Assembly: GCA_965287045.1 (NCBI GenBank)
Contig: OZ336871.1
Coordinates: 66,588,001-66,652,000 of the forward strand
Length of the DNA: 64,000 nucleotides
Direction: 5' to 3'
Origin: Carcharhinus amblyrhynchos
Taxonomy: Eukaryota
In this document: in pieces, positions 49,907-61,807 of the stretch
Layout of the letters: the number at the start of each line of letters is the position of its first letter
How positions within the stretch are numbered: position 1 is the stretch's first letter
Notes under the pieces: generated by a model
Told to the model about the DNA's origin: nothing
Databases searched by the model: none
Seen by the model: only the letters and a program-made list of their open reading frames with translations
Program-made: the position numbers and the translations under genes

Positions 49907-50085
49907 GTTTTTCATTCATTCATGGGACATGGGCATCATTGGCTAGCCAGCACTTATTGCCCATCTCTAGTTGCCCGAGGGCAGTAGGGAGTCAACCACA
50001 TTGCTGTGGTTCTGGAATCACATGCAGGCCAGACCAGGTAAGGATGGCAGATTTCCTTCCCTAAAGGGACATTAGTGAATTTTTA
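49907..50085 (-). mobile_element. tRNA-derived SINE, 3' part with LINE tail
   Basis: Minus strand TTCACTAATGTCCC...GGAAGGAAATCTGCCATCC...GGGCAACTAGAGATGGGCAATAAGTGCTGG...ATGAATGAA. Confidence 0.85.
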
Positions 50086-50600
50086 CACAAAGTTGAAACA
50101 ATCTAGTTGGTAGAAGTAGATCCCATAGTTTCCTTCAAATGGAAATTGGATATATATTTTTAAAAAGTGGAAAAGAAGCATGGTTATTGCAAAAATGCAA
50201 GGAATATATTACAGTGCAGAAGCAATGGGCCAATCAGCCCCTTAAGCATGCTCCATCATTTAATAAGATCATAACTGATCTGATTGTAATCTCAAATCTG
50301 CACTGCACCTATTCCTGATGGCCTATCACCCACTTGCTTTCCAAGAACTTATCTACCTCTGCCTTGAAAATATTCAAAGATTCTGCTTTCACAACATTTT
50401 CAGGAAGAGAGTTGCAAAGACTCAGATCACCATTTTAAGTGGGCACCCCTTATTTTTAAACAGTGACCCCTAGTTCCAGATTTTTCAACTAGAGGAAATA
50501 TCCTCTCCACATCCACCTTGTGAAGTCCCTTAGGATCTTTTAAGTTTCAATTGAATTGTCTCTAAGTGCCAATGGATATAAGCGTAGCCTGTCTAAAATT
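50085..50600. mobile_element. CR1 3' fragments, tail-to-tail
   Basis: Plus-strand piece about 50085-50230 and minus-strand piece about 50225-50600 with typical CR1 3' motifs. Confidence 0.65.
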
Positions 50601-51929
50601 TTGCACCAGCAGGCTCACTGACTACTGGGATCCCTTTTGGGCCTGACACTGGGGTCGAGTGCTCAGCAGAAAATCCAGCCTATTTGATAATATAAAACCA
50701 GAAAGAAGAAAACACAGAACGTTCCTAACTTTCTGGTTCCTCCAAAGTCCCAACCTCTTTGATGTTATTTGGATAGTTATTATTGGACTCTCAAAAGCAG
50801 TTAAATCGATTAACTATATTGACTGTTCATTAGTAGAATCAATTAAGAAAATGGTGCCATGTGAAGATAGGTTGGAATTTCAGTATGGAACAGACAATTG
50901 CCCGTTTCTACAGGTGGCTGAGATCCTCACCTAAAGCAGAGACGAATCCTAGGAACTGTGACATCTCATCATGTCAATAGGACTTTGACAGCATTTTATC
51001 CCAGACTTGAGCGTGCCTTACCTATAGTATCACAGCAGATTACCAGCTGGTGAAAAATAGAAACAGGCCCTCCAACTGAGTCAAAAAATATCCTTCATAG
51101 AACCAGGAGGAGCAGGTTTGCTTCTACAAATCCAGTAGGGAATGTTGCAGTGTCTGTCATCCCATCTCACCAGTACCAACCCCCCAGAGAAACTCTCTCA
51201 ATAACCTTTGGCTCCCCCAAGAGCCCTGGTGTGGAACAAATTAACTCACTGGTGCAATATGCTGCTAAAACCACCCTTCAAGGTAAAATCCAACCCTTGA
51301 ATGGCAAACAAACTGGCAATAACAAAAATTCCAGTCTACCTACATTTGCCACCATACTCCGCATTGATTCCACTTATAAACAACCCAATTCAGAACAATA
51401 TAGCTCATCGACTCAACTGTTTCTGAAAACCCAATAATAATTATTCCAATGAAATCAGACAAGATCAGGATTTCAGATCCACAACCGTGAACTGGAAAGT
51501 TGGAAGAATTTTGTCTACATACAGCATTTGAGAGCCTTTTTATGCAAATAATCATATGTTAATTCCTGTATATTTGGTCACTTAATTTATTCGCTTTCTC
51601 AATCTCTAAAACTATATTTTGGATCAGAGAGGAATGTTTTGACTCTCCATTGATATAGCAGAGTATAAATTAGTAATGCTTACTGTCCTTTATTTTAACT
51701 TGCATATCTGTTGTGTGAATATTCTGAATAATAAAATCCAGCAGCACTGTGGTATAGGAATTAATGCAGCATAATATCTGTATTATATTTATAAAAACAA
51801 AAGCTGGAATACATTCTGCCCTTTCTGCTAACATAGCAACTTTCACATTGTGTATTTATAATCTATTTATTTTAATACATACTTTTTCAGAATCTCTCAT
51901 TAACTGCGCTCTAATTTTGCAAAACAATG

Positions 51930-52285
51930 CATAGAAACAGAAACTAGGAGCAAGAGTGAGCCACTCGGCCCATCAAGCCTGCTCCGCCATTCATTTTGAT
52001 GATGGCTTATCATTGAATTCAATACCCTGATCCCTCTTGCCCGCATATCTCTTGATACCTTTCACCCCAAGAGCTGTATCCAATTTCTTCTTGAAATCAG
52101 ACAACGTTTTGGCCTCCACTACATCCTGTGGTAGTGAATTCCAAACATTCACCACCTTCTAGGTGAAGAAATTTCTCCTCATCTCAGTTCTAAAAGGTTT
52201 ACCCCTTATCCTCAAATTATGACCCTTAGTTCTGGACTCCACCGCCATTAGGAACATTCTTTCTCAATTTACCCTGTCTAACATT
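51930..52285 (-). mobile_element. CR1 3' end
   Basis: ATAGAAAC..AAACTAGGAGCAAGAGTGAGCCACTCGGCCC...GAATTCCAAACATTCACCACC..GAAGAAATTTCTCCTCATCTC. Confidence 0.85.
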
Positions 52286-52311
52286 TAAAGGAAATCTCTA
52301 TAAAAAGAAAA

Positions 52312-52630
52312 GAAATAAAACATGCATCTATTTTGTGCCTTTTGCAGCATCAGATCATCGCAAAGGGCTTTGCAAGCTGCACTTCTGAAGTGCAATGAAT
52401 CTGTTGTAGAAAATGTGGAAGCCAATTTGTGCACACCAGGCTTCTACAAGCAACAATTAAATAAATGACCACAACATCAGATTTATGTTTTGGTTAGGAG
52501 ATAAATGTGGGCCAGGACACAAGAAGAACTTTGAGTAGTACTGCAATATCTTTAATGTCTGCCTGAAGGAGTGGATGGGACACCCATTTGACATCTCATT
52601 GGAAAGGCAGCTTCTTCAACATAACTGTCT
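52312..52630 (-). mobile_element. DeuSINE (SacSINE1-like) copy
   Basis: Reverse complement of the GTGTCCTGGCC..ATTTATC...GTGCACAAATTGGCT core and L2-like tail. Confidence 0.7.
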
Positions 52631-53050
52631 CTTATTTAACATTCTCCTGGACCATTAAAAAAAAAACGAAAACCTTTGTCTCCACAAGCCCCAAAGCCCC
52701 ACAACCACTGATGTTTACTACTCCTCCAATCACATATTGTTTCTTTAGCACTTTTGCTGCTGGTAGATTCTAGGGAGCCTATCAGTAACAAACATGGGAA
52801 GGAAATGTCCTGCGATTGAAGTAGCAGCTCCAGGCAGAACCTTCCATTGTAACTTATCTGTTTGATTGTTGAAAACCAGCTCCATGAGCTGCGTCTGGTC
52901 CTCAGGCCACACAGTGCACTAAAATCAGATAACAAAGAGTGAAAGAATTAATCAGTTAATGCTTATAGAGAGTTGTTGCACTTTTGAAATTTTATGTATT
53001 TTTCCATAAACGTACTCAGCAAAATATATCTGGCATACAAATATGTACCC

Positions 53051-53093
53051 AGCCACCTGACGAAGGGACAGGCTGTCCTGAAAGCTTGCAGCT
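53051..53093 (+). ncRNA. Minimal type-I hammerhead ribozyme motif (Penelope-associated), probably impaired
   Basis: AGCCAC-CTGACGA-A-GGGACA-GGC-TGTCCT-GAAA-GCTT-GCAGCT: core CUGANGA/GAAA, 6-bp helix II, palindromic AGCT in place of helix III, helix I 4/6 paired. Confidence 0.6.
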
Positions 53094-53162
53094 TTTCTAC
53101 AAATAAACCTGTTTGGACTCTAAACTGGTGTTGTGGGATTTCTTTCTGTTTTACCCCAGTGC

Positions 53163-53500
53163 TTAGAACCTTACAGTGCAGAAAGAAGCCCTTCGGCCCA
53201 TCGAGTCTGCACCGAACACAATCCCACCCAGGCCCTACCCCGATATCCCTACATATTATATCCACTAATCCCTCTAACCTCTACTACCCTAGACACTAAG
53301 GGGCAATTTCTTAACATGGCCAATCAACCTAACCTGCACATCTTTGTACTGTGGGAGGAAACCGGAGTAACTGGAGGAAACCCATGCAGACACGAGGAGA
53401 ATGTGCAAACTCCACACAGACAGTTACCCAAGCCAAGAATCGAACCCAGGACCCTGGAGCTGTGAAGCAGCAGTGCTAACCACTGTGCTACCGTGCCACC
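53163..53500 (-). mobile_element. HE1-type V-SINE, full length
   Basis: Minus strand GGTGGCACGGTAGCACAGTGGTTAGCACTGCTGCTTCACAGCTCCAGGGTCCTGGGTTCGATTC plus CR1 tail. Confidence 0.92.
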
Positions 53501-53544
53501 CAGATGCCGGTCCAACGCTGGCATCTCCACGTCATACAAATATG

Positions 53545-53910
53545 TTATAAGGATTCATCATGCACTGTATCACATTGAGGAAACCTCTTCACGCATTCAC
53601 CTTGCATCATGAATCTTGGTACATTTTCTATTTCTGTGACAAATTGGCTGGAATTTCCCAAGCCCACCCCAATGTGTTTTCCCCATGGTGGAGGTGGCTC
53701 ACCGTTGACCACCAGCAAATTTTCCGTTCTTTGGTGTTTTGCATGGCTCACCTCTTGAGTTCAGCTCTTGTGTTCATGGTTGGACTAGGGTTGTAATGAG
53801 GCTTGGAGCTAAGTGGCCCTGGTAGTACTCAGACTGATGGTCAATCAGCAGTTTGTTCTGAGTAAGTGCCGCTTGATAACAGTGTCAACAACGCTTCTCA
53901 TCATCTTCAT
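53545..53910 (-). mobile_element. CR1-group RT fragment
   Basis: Reverse of the KRHLL..NLL.D.Q.region as at 43700-43850. Confidence 0.5.
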
Positions 53911-54534
53911 CACACCATGTTTTTTCATACCTTTCCATCCCATACCTTTCTCATGTTTTCCTAATCCTGCACTACTATAGCCACTCACGTGCCCTTTGTT
54001 TCTTTAATGTTCAATGCTTCTTGTCCATCACTTGATTGAGATGATCTCTTCCAGCATTCTACTCAAGATTACATTCTGATTTTGTTAATTTACGTCCTCC
54101 CCTCTATTTGACTCCATTAATATGTCTGCCTGTCCAAATTTTTTTCACTTCTGAAAAGAGTCTAGACCCAAAACAGAAACTTGCAGTTCCCTCCCTGTTG
54201 TATTTCAAGTATTTTCCGTTTTTGTTTTGGTGTTCCAGGACCTGTGATATTTTGCTTTTTAAGCATATCTGATACTTAAGCCTATTTTTAGATTCCCATT
54301 GTAAATGTTTCTTTGGAGAAGTTAAATTTACTTGTGCCTTACTAATAGCAGATTGAATGTGAACTGGTTTAAAAATGTGTCGATAATCCTTTAAGTAATG
54401 TGCTGGCTTTGGATGTCACATTATTCATGATGCAAAGTTTACATTTTAATAGCACCTTGCGCTGCAATGTTTCAGCTCTGCTTTGTCAAGTTAAAATATT
54501 CATTAAAATAGTCACTAATAAACCCAGTAAGTAA

Positions 54535-54740
54535 TTCAGGAGAAATGCCTTCACCAGAGAGTGGTTAGAATGGGCAAGTTGCTATCATATGGAGGTTAAT
54601 AGCAAAGATGCATATAAGAAAATGGTGGATAAAGAAAATGGTGGTAGTTAGTTCGATGAATCAGGGTTTGAAGATACACATTCAGAGCATAAACATCAGT
54701 ATAGATCAATTGAAATTAATGGCAAATTTCTGTAGTATAG
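54535..54740 (+). mobile_element. CR1 3' fragment
   Basis: TTCACCAGAGAGTGGTTAGAATG...GAGCATAAACATCAG. Confidence 0.6.
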
Positions 54741-55094
54741 ATTCTATGCTATTCTCTATTATGTGCTGTACCATAGAAAGAGAACTGATGACTTTGACAT
54801 GACAATGTATCCGAAGCACCCAAATGTGGGTATTTGTAGCATATGGAGCACTTTCTCATCAAGTCAGGGATGATGTTTATAGAATTTGGTTCTTTAGATG
54901 TTTGTTCCAGCTTCCTCATTGTCCTTCATGCTGGGTTATTTGCTTTAGCTGACTCTATACAGCTGCCAGTCCTTCCATGTTGTAACATTAGCATCAAACA
55001 GGCATCTTTGGCCTTTGGGGTTTATTTTGGGGAAAGGGTGAAAACAGGAGTTAAGTGAGTGCTGTGCGAATTAAACAAATCTGCTTCAAAATAT

Positions 55095-55440
55095 GCCTTC
55101 AGTCTCTGATTCCAATTGGGAGCAATTTTTCTAGAGCAGTGCATGCAGCCACCTCCACTGGAATTGTGGAGTACAGTTGTCAACAGTCACCGGGACATTT
55201 TGGGATGGCTCAGGGACTGTGCACTGGTTCTCAGAAGCTGCACTGGAGATTTTCATGAAGGAGAGGTGGAGAAGAAGGATGTGCTGTACCTTGGGTGAAG
55301 AAGGAGGCGATAGAAACAGGAGGATGTGAGAAAGGATCATTGAAGAAATCACAACCAGGACAAAAGTTCCCAGGACATGGCTCTAGTGTTGCACAAAATG
55401 ATTTGACACAAATGCTCATGGTAAGGTCCTCCACATAAGC
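55095..55440 (+). mobile_element. Harbinger-type remnant with Myb/SANT-like exon and splice donor
   Basis: FSEAALEIF..EVEKKDVLY and NDLTQMLM|GTAAGG. Confidence 0.55.
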
Positions 55441-56194
55441 ATTTTTCTAATTAATAATCACCAGCATTTCAACATCAACACACTTCACTTTCCATCCAAA
55501 TATATACATAACCTTTAATATTGCATCCTTCACAGTCATGGCTTACATCTTAGATGTGTCTTACAGCTCTTCAACAATATAAGCATCTCTGAAATACAAA
55601 CATACCTCATTCATAATCACCACTTTTTCCATCGAAATAGGATAGGACATAACAAGTGGCAAATGCAGCTGAAAAGGCAAGGGGAAGCCTGACTCCATGA
55701 GATCAGTCCCTTTGAGAAGTCCATACTGCCCATAATTTGGAGGGGAATGGAATATTCTGTGATTATAGGCAATGCAGAAGATACATGGCCTAGGGATATG
55801 TGACTACACCTTCTTCCTTACTGCCCCACTATTATTCCTGATCCTTAATGTCACAAACCTCTCCACATTTCCATGCTCCATATGCTCTATTCATACACAT
55901 TCTCGTACAATGGTCACATATGCTGCATCCTCCTCTTCCCAGTGTTATCATTGTAGGCTTCCCAAAGCCTCCTCTTACCCAACATCTCTCACCAAAGAGA
56001 AAACTAATAAAGGAGAAAGTGAAGGTGGAGGAGAAGAATGAGAAATAATGCACTGTACCAATAGTTACCATTGTCACTGGAACTACACATAACTTAGAGA
56101 CAAGGTTAGAATATGGATCCTTACGGCAGGACCACAACAGGCATCAATGAGTAGCAGCAATTCAACTTGAAAGGATCCCATAGATACCACCTTG

Positions 56195-57790
56195 CTAGGG
56201 GCCAATGTTTTATGCTGGTTCTTCCATTGAATTGTCAGAACCATCGCACAACCAAACTTCAAAAGAAGGCTGATAGGTCTGATAAATCAAATGCTTGGGA
56301 CAATGGGCGGCCTGCTTGATAGCTTGCAGGTTTTGACTGGGGGGAATAGGGGAGTCCACCTCCACCTTAGCCTGTGGAGAGACTGGCCAAGGCCATCCAA
56401 TGCCTTGTGGAGAGATTAACATTGTGGTTACAACTACCACTGCAGAGATTGCAGCTTTCGTGAAAAGGCAAAGGTCAGGCAGCTGCCATGATGACTCTGG
56501 GTTCCTTGGTTGAAAAGGGCTTACAGTATGTCTCTCATGCCTAGAAGTCTGTCCTCCAGCAGGTAGTAACATTGGAGTAATGGAGCAAGAACCCATTGGT
56601 CTTCCTCCAGTGAGCAGCATTTTGGCTCCTTGCTCACCGCTCCAGAACTGCCCTTGCTGTTGTATGGCAGACAGGTGACCTGGAGTGCTGAAGCCAATGC
56701 TAAGATGGTAGAGTCTTAGATAGGGCCATCATGGTTCAGAGTCTCTTGAGGATATCACAGGAAAACATCTGAACTGCCGTCTTCAGATTCTGTGCAGCCA
56801 TCCATTTTGTCTGCTGCTGCCACTGAAGTTGCACCATAGAAGCACTAAAGTAGGCAAGAATGCTTGTAAGAAGCATTATGAGTGGTGCCAGTGGTGGCAC
56901 GCTGGCACAGTGATTAGCACTGCTGCTTCACAGTCCTAGGGACCTGGGTTCGGTTCCTGACTCGGGTGACTGTGTGGAGTTTGCACATTCTCCCCATGTC
57001 TGTATGGGTTTCCTCCAGGCGCTCTTTGGCACACACCAAAGATGTGCGGGTTAGGTGAACTGGCCACGCTAAGTTGCCCCTTAGTGTTGGAGTATTAGCA
57101 GGGATAGAGCCTGGGTGGGATTATTGTCAATGCAGGCTTGATGGGCTGAATGGCCTCCTTCTGCACTATAGGATTCTGAGAAATCAGTAATGCTAAGCAC
57201 CAGGGTGACTGGTTTAATGTTTGTATGTAAAGTTGGTTGTGTTATGGATATATACAGTTTTTGCTGTAGATAGAGATTGTCAATGGTAGCTGAGCAGTGG
57301 TGGAATTAAAGACCTTTATTATTGTTATCGTATGGGGTAAGAATTGATTGCGAACTCTGGAATCCTCAATGGATCCTCAAATCTGGAAGGCTTGTGTTAA
57401 TAGTGATCTGGAATCTGATAGTTGGCACCATCCTTCAAAAGTCCTCTTCAACTTGATGGCAGCAAGCATTCTTTCCCAGTGTGGATCTAGCACCTAGAAC
57501 CCTCTACCCCTCCTCCAGGTTATATTCTTCCCTTTGCTCAATCTCCTCCTACTCAAACTCCTGCTATTTCTCCTGTGGATCCTGAGCTTGGCCATCTGGC
57601 AAAATTGCTGATGGTAACATGATCCCCAGATTATGGAGCATGCAGAAATCACAATGAGCCTGAAGCATTCTTTTACCCTCCTTTCCCTACTCTCCCTCTC
57701 GCCTCCAGCTTTGTTGCTCTACCTGATCTTATCTCCTCCTCCAAATCAAGCCGAATCCCGAGCAAGATCGCCATGGCCAAACACTCCCTA
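56195..57790 (-). mobile_element. Decayed Harbinger-type sequence, interrupted by HE1
   Basis: GC-richer blocks; 57420-57600 is weakly Myb/SANT-like on the minus strand; boundaries uncertain. Confidence 0.3.
56891..57178 (+). mobile_element. HE1-type V-SINE
   Basis: GGTGGCACGCTGGCACAGTGATTAGCACTGCTGCTTCACAG...GGGTTCGGTTCC plus tail GATGGGCTGAATGGCCTCCTTCTGCAC. Confidence 0.9.
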
Positions 57791-58099
57791 TTTCCTGATG
57801 ACTTCTATAAGCTCTGCAGTAAGAAATTACTCTTTATCAGCAAACCCCTGAAAAAATAACTGGGAAAAATGTGAATATAATATACATCAGGTCTTGACCA
57901 CTTATTCCAGAAGTTCTCCTGACATGTCTCAAAAGTCTCTTTCAAGTCTGCTATAGTCAGTCACTTGCCATTCTTTTGGGCTGAACAAATGAAACTAAAG
58001 TCAGTCAATTGCCAGCAGCAAAGGACCAGTAAGACGAAACATAGCTTTGTGTAGCACTCGTAATACTTACCAAGAACTTTACTTCTGTTTAGCAGGCTG

Positions 58100-58570
58100 T
58101 TACTAGGAAAGGTCAGTAACTGAAATGTTAGCCAGCAAGATGGTGTATGGCCTCTCTAATAAGCATTAGGAGCCAATTTATTTGGTCATTAGATCGTTAA
58201 TCATCGTCAGGGTGAGGTTCCTGGCATGCATTTAACTCCTTTACCAAGATGATGTCCTGCACTAAAGGCAAGGCAAACATACGTTGCAGCTCAAGACGCG
58301 TCAAAGATTCTTTAGTGCCAAAAGTCCCTGGAGAAAATAGCCCCCTTAGAAATTTTAAAAGAAAGCTGATAATTCCTTTCTAGCAAGCAAAAATACTGAC
58401 CACTAAGTCAACGCATTTATATGTGTTACACCTGATTACTTCAATTTTAGAAGAATGGACAAAAGAAGACAATACCCTCTCCTTGAAAGCTGACACAAAG
58501 ATTATTATACTTAAATGCGTAATTAGCACTTGTGCTTAGTCTAACACATAAGAGGAAATTAGCCCTTCAT
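58100..58570. promoter_or_regulatory. Candidate intronic CNE
   Basis: Unique block with retained CpGs and TAAT/TTTAT, TCAAAG (Tcf-like), GATAA motifs. Confidence 0.4.
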
Positions 58571-58593
58571 ACTATCAGGAGGAGGGGGAGTTT

Positions 58594-59165
58594 CAACAAC
58601 AACTACTTGTATTTATATAACTCGTTTAATGTAATAACATTTCCCATGGTGACTCATGGGAAGGTTATAGAGTGCAACTTGGCACTGAACCATAAAAAGA
58701 GACATTAAGGCAGGTGACCATAAGCTTGGCCTATCAGGTAAGTTTTAATAAGCTTCATAAAGAACGAAAGCGAGATGGGGAGGTAAGCAATTTTAGAGAG
58801 GGACTTCCAGAAGTTAGGTTATTGGCAGCTAAAGGCACGATCATTAGTGGTTATGCAATTAAAATCAGGGATGCACAAAATGTCAGGATGAATGAACACA
58901 TATCTCAGACAGTTGTATTGGAGATTACAGAGATTGGAAGGGGAGAGGCCAAAGGAGAAATTTGAAAAAAAAAATTCAAATTAGCGTTGGTTAACCTAGA
59001 GTCAATGGAAATCAGTAAGTACAGGGTGATGGGTGAACAAGACATGAGCAACAGTACTGTAGGTGACTTCTAGTTTACAGGGTATAATGTGGGAAGACAG
59101 CCAGGTGCATGGTAATGGGCAAAGCTTGAGGTAACAAAGGCATGAATGAAAATTTCTGCAGCACA
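58594..59165 (-). mobile_element. L2 LINE 3' end
   Basis: CAACAACAACTACTTGTATTTATATAAC tail; collinear with 24550-25100. Confidence 0.75.
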
Positions 59166-59319
59166 TATAACATTTGCTTTCAGGTGTTCTTTAACCATTA
59201 CATATTATACATAAGGCCAGATTTTCAAAAATTTTGAAAACTTGATGAAAATTGCCCCAAACAATGCCAACACATGCCCTGTACCCATTCTAAGATCCTT
59301 CATAGTCTACACAGACCTA

Positions 59320-59476
59320 GGGCAGGATTTTCTGTGCAACCCATTGCATGTTTCGTTGTGGTGGAGGTGACCCACCATTGGCTGGTCGGGGGAATCTTCT
59401 GGTCCCCACCATTGTCAATGGGGTTTCCCATTGATTGCACCTTTACCACTAAGAAACCCACAGAAAATTCTGGCCC
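59320..59476. mobile_element. Harbinger-type MITE
   Basis: TIRs GGGCAGGATTTTCTGTG / CACAGAAAATTCTGGCCC. Confidence 0.8.
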
Positions 59477-60169
59477 CAGTGTCCAGTACTGGTAGATTTC
59501 AGGATTCATGTGGAGATGAAAACAATCTAATAAACACTCTTACACACCTGATAATGGAAAAAAAATTCAAATCCCTGAAACCCATTCAGAGCTTTGAAAT
59601 TTCAACTAGTTAACTCCTCATAAAACAAATCAGACTCCAGATTAAAGTTAGCTACTCTCTTAATAACCTCCTAAACTTAAGAACATCAATAAAGTTGTGA
59701 ACTCAGAAACCCCTGCTGAGACTAATAAAACTTTTGAAATTCAGCCAAGCATTCATAATGATTTAATGATAGCTTTTGGGTTAGTATCAACAAATAACTC
59801 AATGTTTGTGATTTTTTTTTCTGACCTGCAGTAGATGCCCTGCTGTTCAAAGCAGTTCAGCAGAGGGTTTATTTGTTTAACTTTTGGTGACAGCTGCAGC
59901 CTGTTTTTAAAATATATAAATATATTTAGATCATGACAGTTATATAGGCTTTATCTAGCACTTTATATAGTGCTTCAAGAGTAATTAAGTTGATTCCATC
60001 AGTTTGTTACTGTCACATTTCTGTTAAGGGCCTTGCAACAGTCAAAATGGAATATGTTTGAACTCAGCATTGAATGTCGTCCCTTTTTCCTACCTGAAAA
60101 TTCAATCCATCAAAAAGTAGGGTGGAATCTATCCATTTGGATCCTGCTCGTCAATTTTAAAAGTCCGTC

Positions 60170-60660
60170 AAGTCCTCTGACTCACAAGCAGGTTATTTGG
60201 TCCAACTGGACTGTGTTGATATTTATGCTCTACTCAAGCCTCTGCCCATCCTCCTTCATTTAATCCTATCAGCGTATCCTTCCATTCATTTCTCCCTTAT
60301 GTGTTTATCTGACTTCCCCTAAATGCATTATGCTGTTTGCTTCTGATGACAGCGATTCCCAGACCTTTACTAATCTTTGAGTAAAGAGCTCTCTCCTGTA
60401 TTCCTGTTTATCCGGTCACCCCTCAGTCTTCTGTTTTCGAGAGGGAGAGAACCACTGTTTGCTCAATTTTTCTGGGTAAGTATGTTCTTTCAGTTTTGGT
60501 ATTATCCTTGTAAATTTATTTTGTATCATTTGCAGTGCCTCTATATCTTTTTTATGACATGGATACCAGAACTGTGCATTGTGCTCCAGATGTGGTTTGT
60601 TTAATAATGTATACTTCCCAATGTTTCAATTATATCCCTCTGGAAATGAACCCCAGTATT
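60170..60660 (-). mobile_element. CR1 3' portion
   Basis: CCCTCAGTCTTCTGTTTTC...CCAGAACTGTGCATTGTGCTCCAGATGTGG motifs. Confidence 0.75.
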
Positions 60661-61059
60661 CCTCTATTACAGATTTACTAACCGAGGGTAATATTTTTAG
60701 AGAGCTGTCTTCTTAATATATAAAATACAGTGCACAGAAGTAACCCAAGACACATGCACCTTTCTACAGTATAATATTCAGATGATGTGAAAAATTAGCT
60801 GAATATATATAATCTTTAACAAAGAACTGCTTTTGCTGTATTTTAATAAAAATTAAAAGGAATTGAATGGAAGGAAGAAAATGATTTTGCTAAGTCACAA
60901 TGTATGTTTTATTCATACATGTTGATCTTTATGAAAAAAGCTATGCGTAAAATATTATGTCAAATATTATGTAACAAAATGTCAAATCCATGGATATTTG
61001 ATCAAACTTTCATTGCATTTAGTAACTACTTTACATGCACAGTGTTGCTACAATGCTAT

Positions 61060-61195
61060 GGGTCAGAATTCTCCAATGTTGTTCACCCTGCCACCACTGC
61101 CAGCAAGAACGGGGAATTTGTTGCTCAGCCAAATCTCCATTCACACCAGCGGGACTGGAGAATTTCAACCATGAACAAGTTGGAGAATCTCAACC
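61060..61195. mobile_element. Harbinger-type MITE (family of 4470-4606)
   Basis: GGGTCAGAATTCTCCAA ... TTGGAGAATCTCAACC; shared CTCAGCCAAA.CTCCATTCAC core. Confidence 0.75.
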
Positions 61196-61299
61196 GTGAT
61201 TTGAATTGTTTGGTGTCCATTCTACTTTACTGAGCGCATCAATATAGTTTCCTGCCGTGCTCAGAAAATTCACAATCTCATTTTCTTCAAGAACAAAGC

Positions 61300-61700
61300 A
61301 ACATAAGAACAGAAATAGGTCATTCAGCCCTATTCCACAATTCAATAGGATCATGCTAGATCTGAACCCAAACTCTAATTACACCATTTGACTCCTTTTC
61401 CCTTCATACAAAAGGCTAACAGAAGTCGATTTATCTCCATTTTAAAATTAATAGTTGAGGTAGCATCTGTTGCTTTTGTTGGAGAGAAATCTGCGGCGAA
61501 TGACTCTGATTTTAAGGTTATGTACTGTTATTCCTAGACCTCCCACGATCTACCCTATCAAATCCTGTCAAAACTTTAAAAGCCTCAATTAAATCCCTCC
61601 TTAATTGCCCATATTCCAGAGAATACAAGCCCAATTTATGCAATTTTCTCCCAAAATTCAAAGCCTTGGAGCCATAGTAACATTTTAGTGAATCTTCCAA
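61300..61700 (-). mobile_element. CR1 3' end
   Basis: AACATAAGAACAGAAATAGGTCATTCAGCCC; ORF 61518(-) LHKLGLYSLEYGQLRRDLIEAFKVLTGFDRVD. Confidence 0.85.
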
Positions 61701-61807
61701 ACCCAAGATATCAATCCACTCAATCCAGCAATTTAAAAGTCCTGCTGCATCTGCCGAGGAGAGACATTTCATGGTGGGGCCATGACATCCTGGCCCAGGA
61801 ATAATTA

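Larger units (their letters stand above)
53050..53533 (+). mobile_element. Penelope-like terminal repeat split by an HE1 SINE
   Basis: ...AAATAAACCTGTTTGGACT..AACTGGTGTTGTG...TTACCCCAG [HE1] GTCCAACGCTGGCATCTCCAC; collinear with the reverse complement of 22374-22470. Confidence 0.75.

Noticed and set aside
53440-53500. tRNA-like A/B-box sequences here and at other HE1 and SINE heads
   Set aside because: They are SINE heads that continue into SINE cores and LINE tails, not tRNA genes
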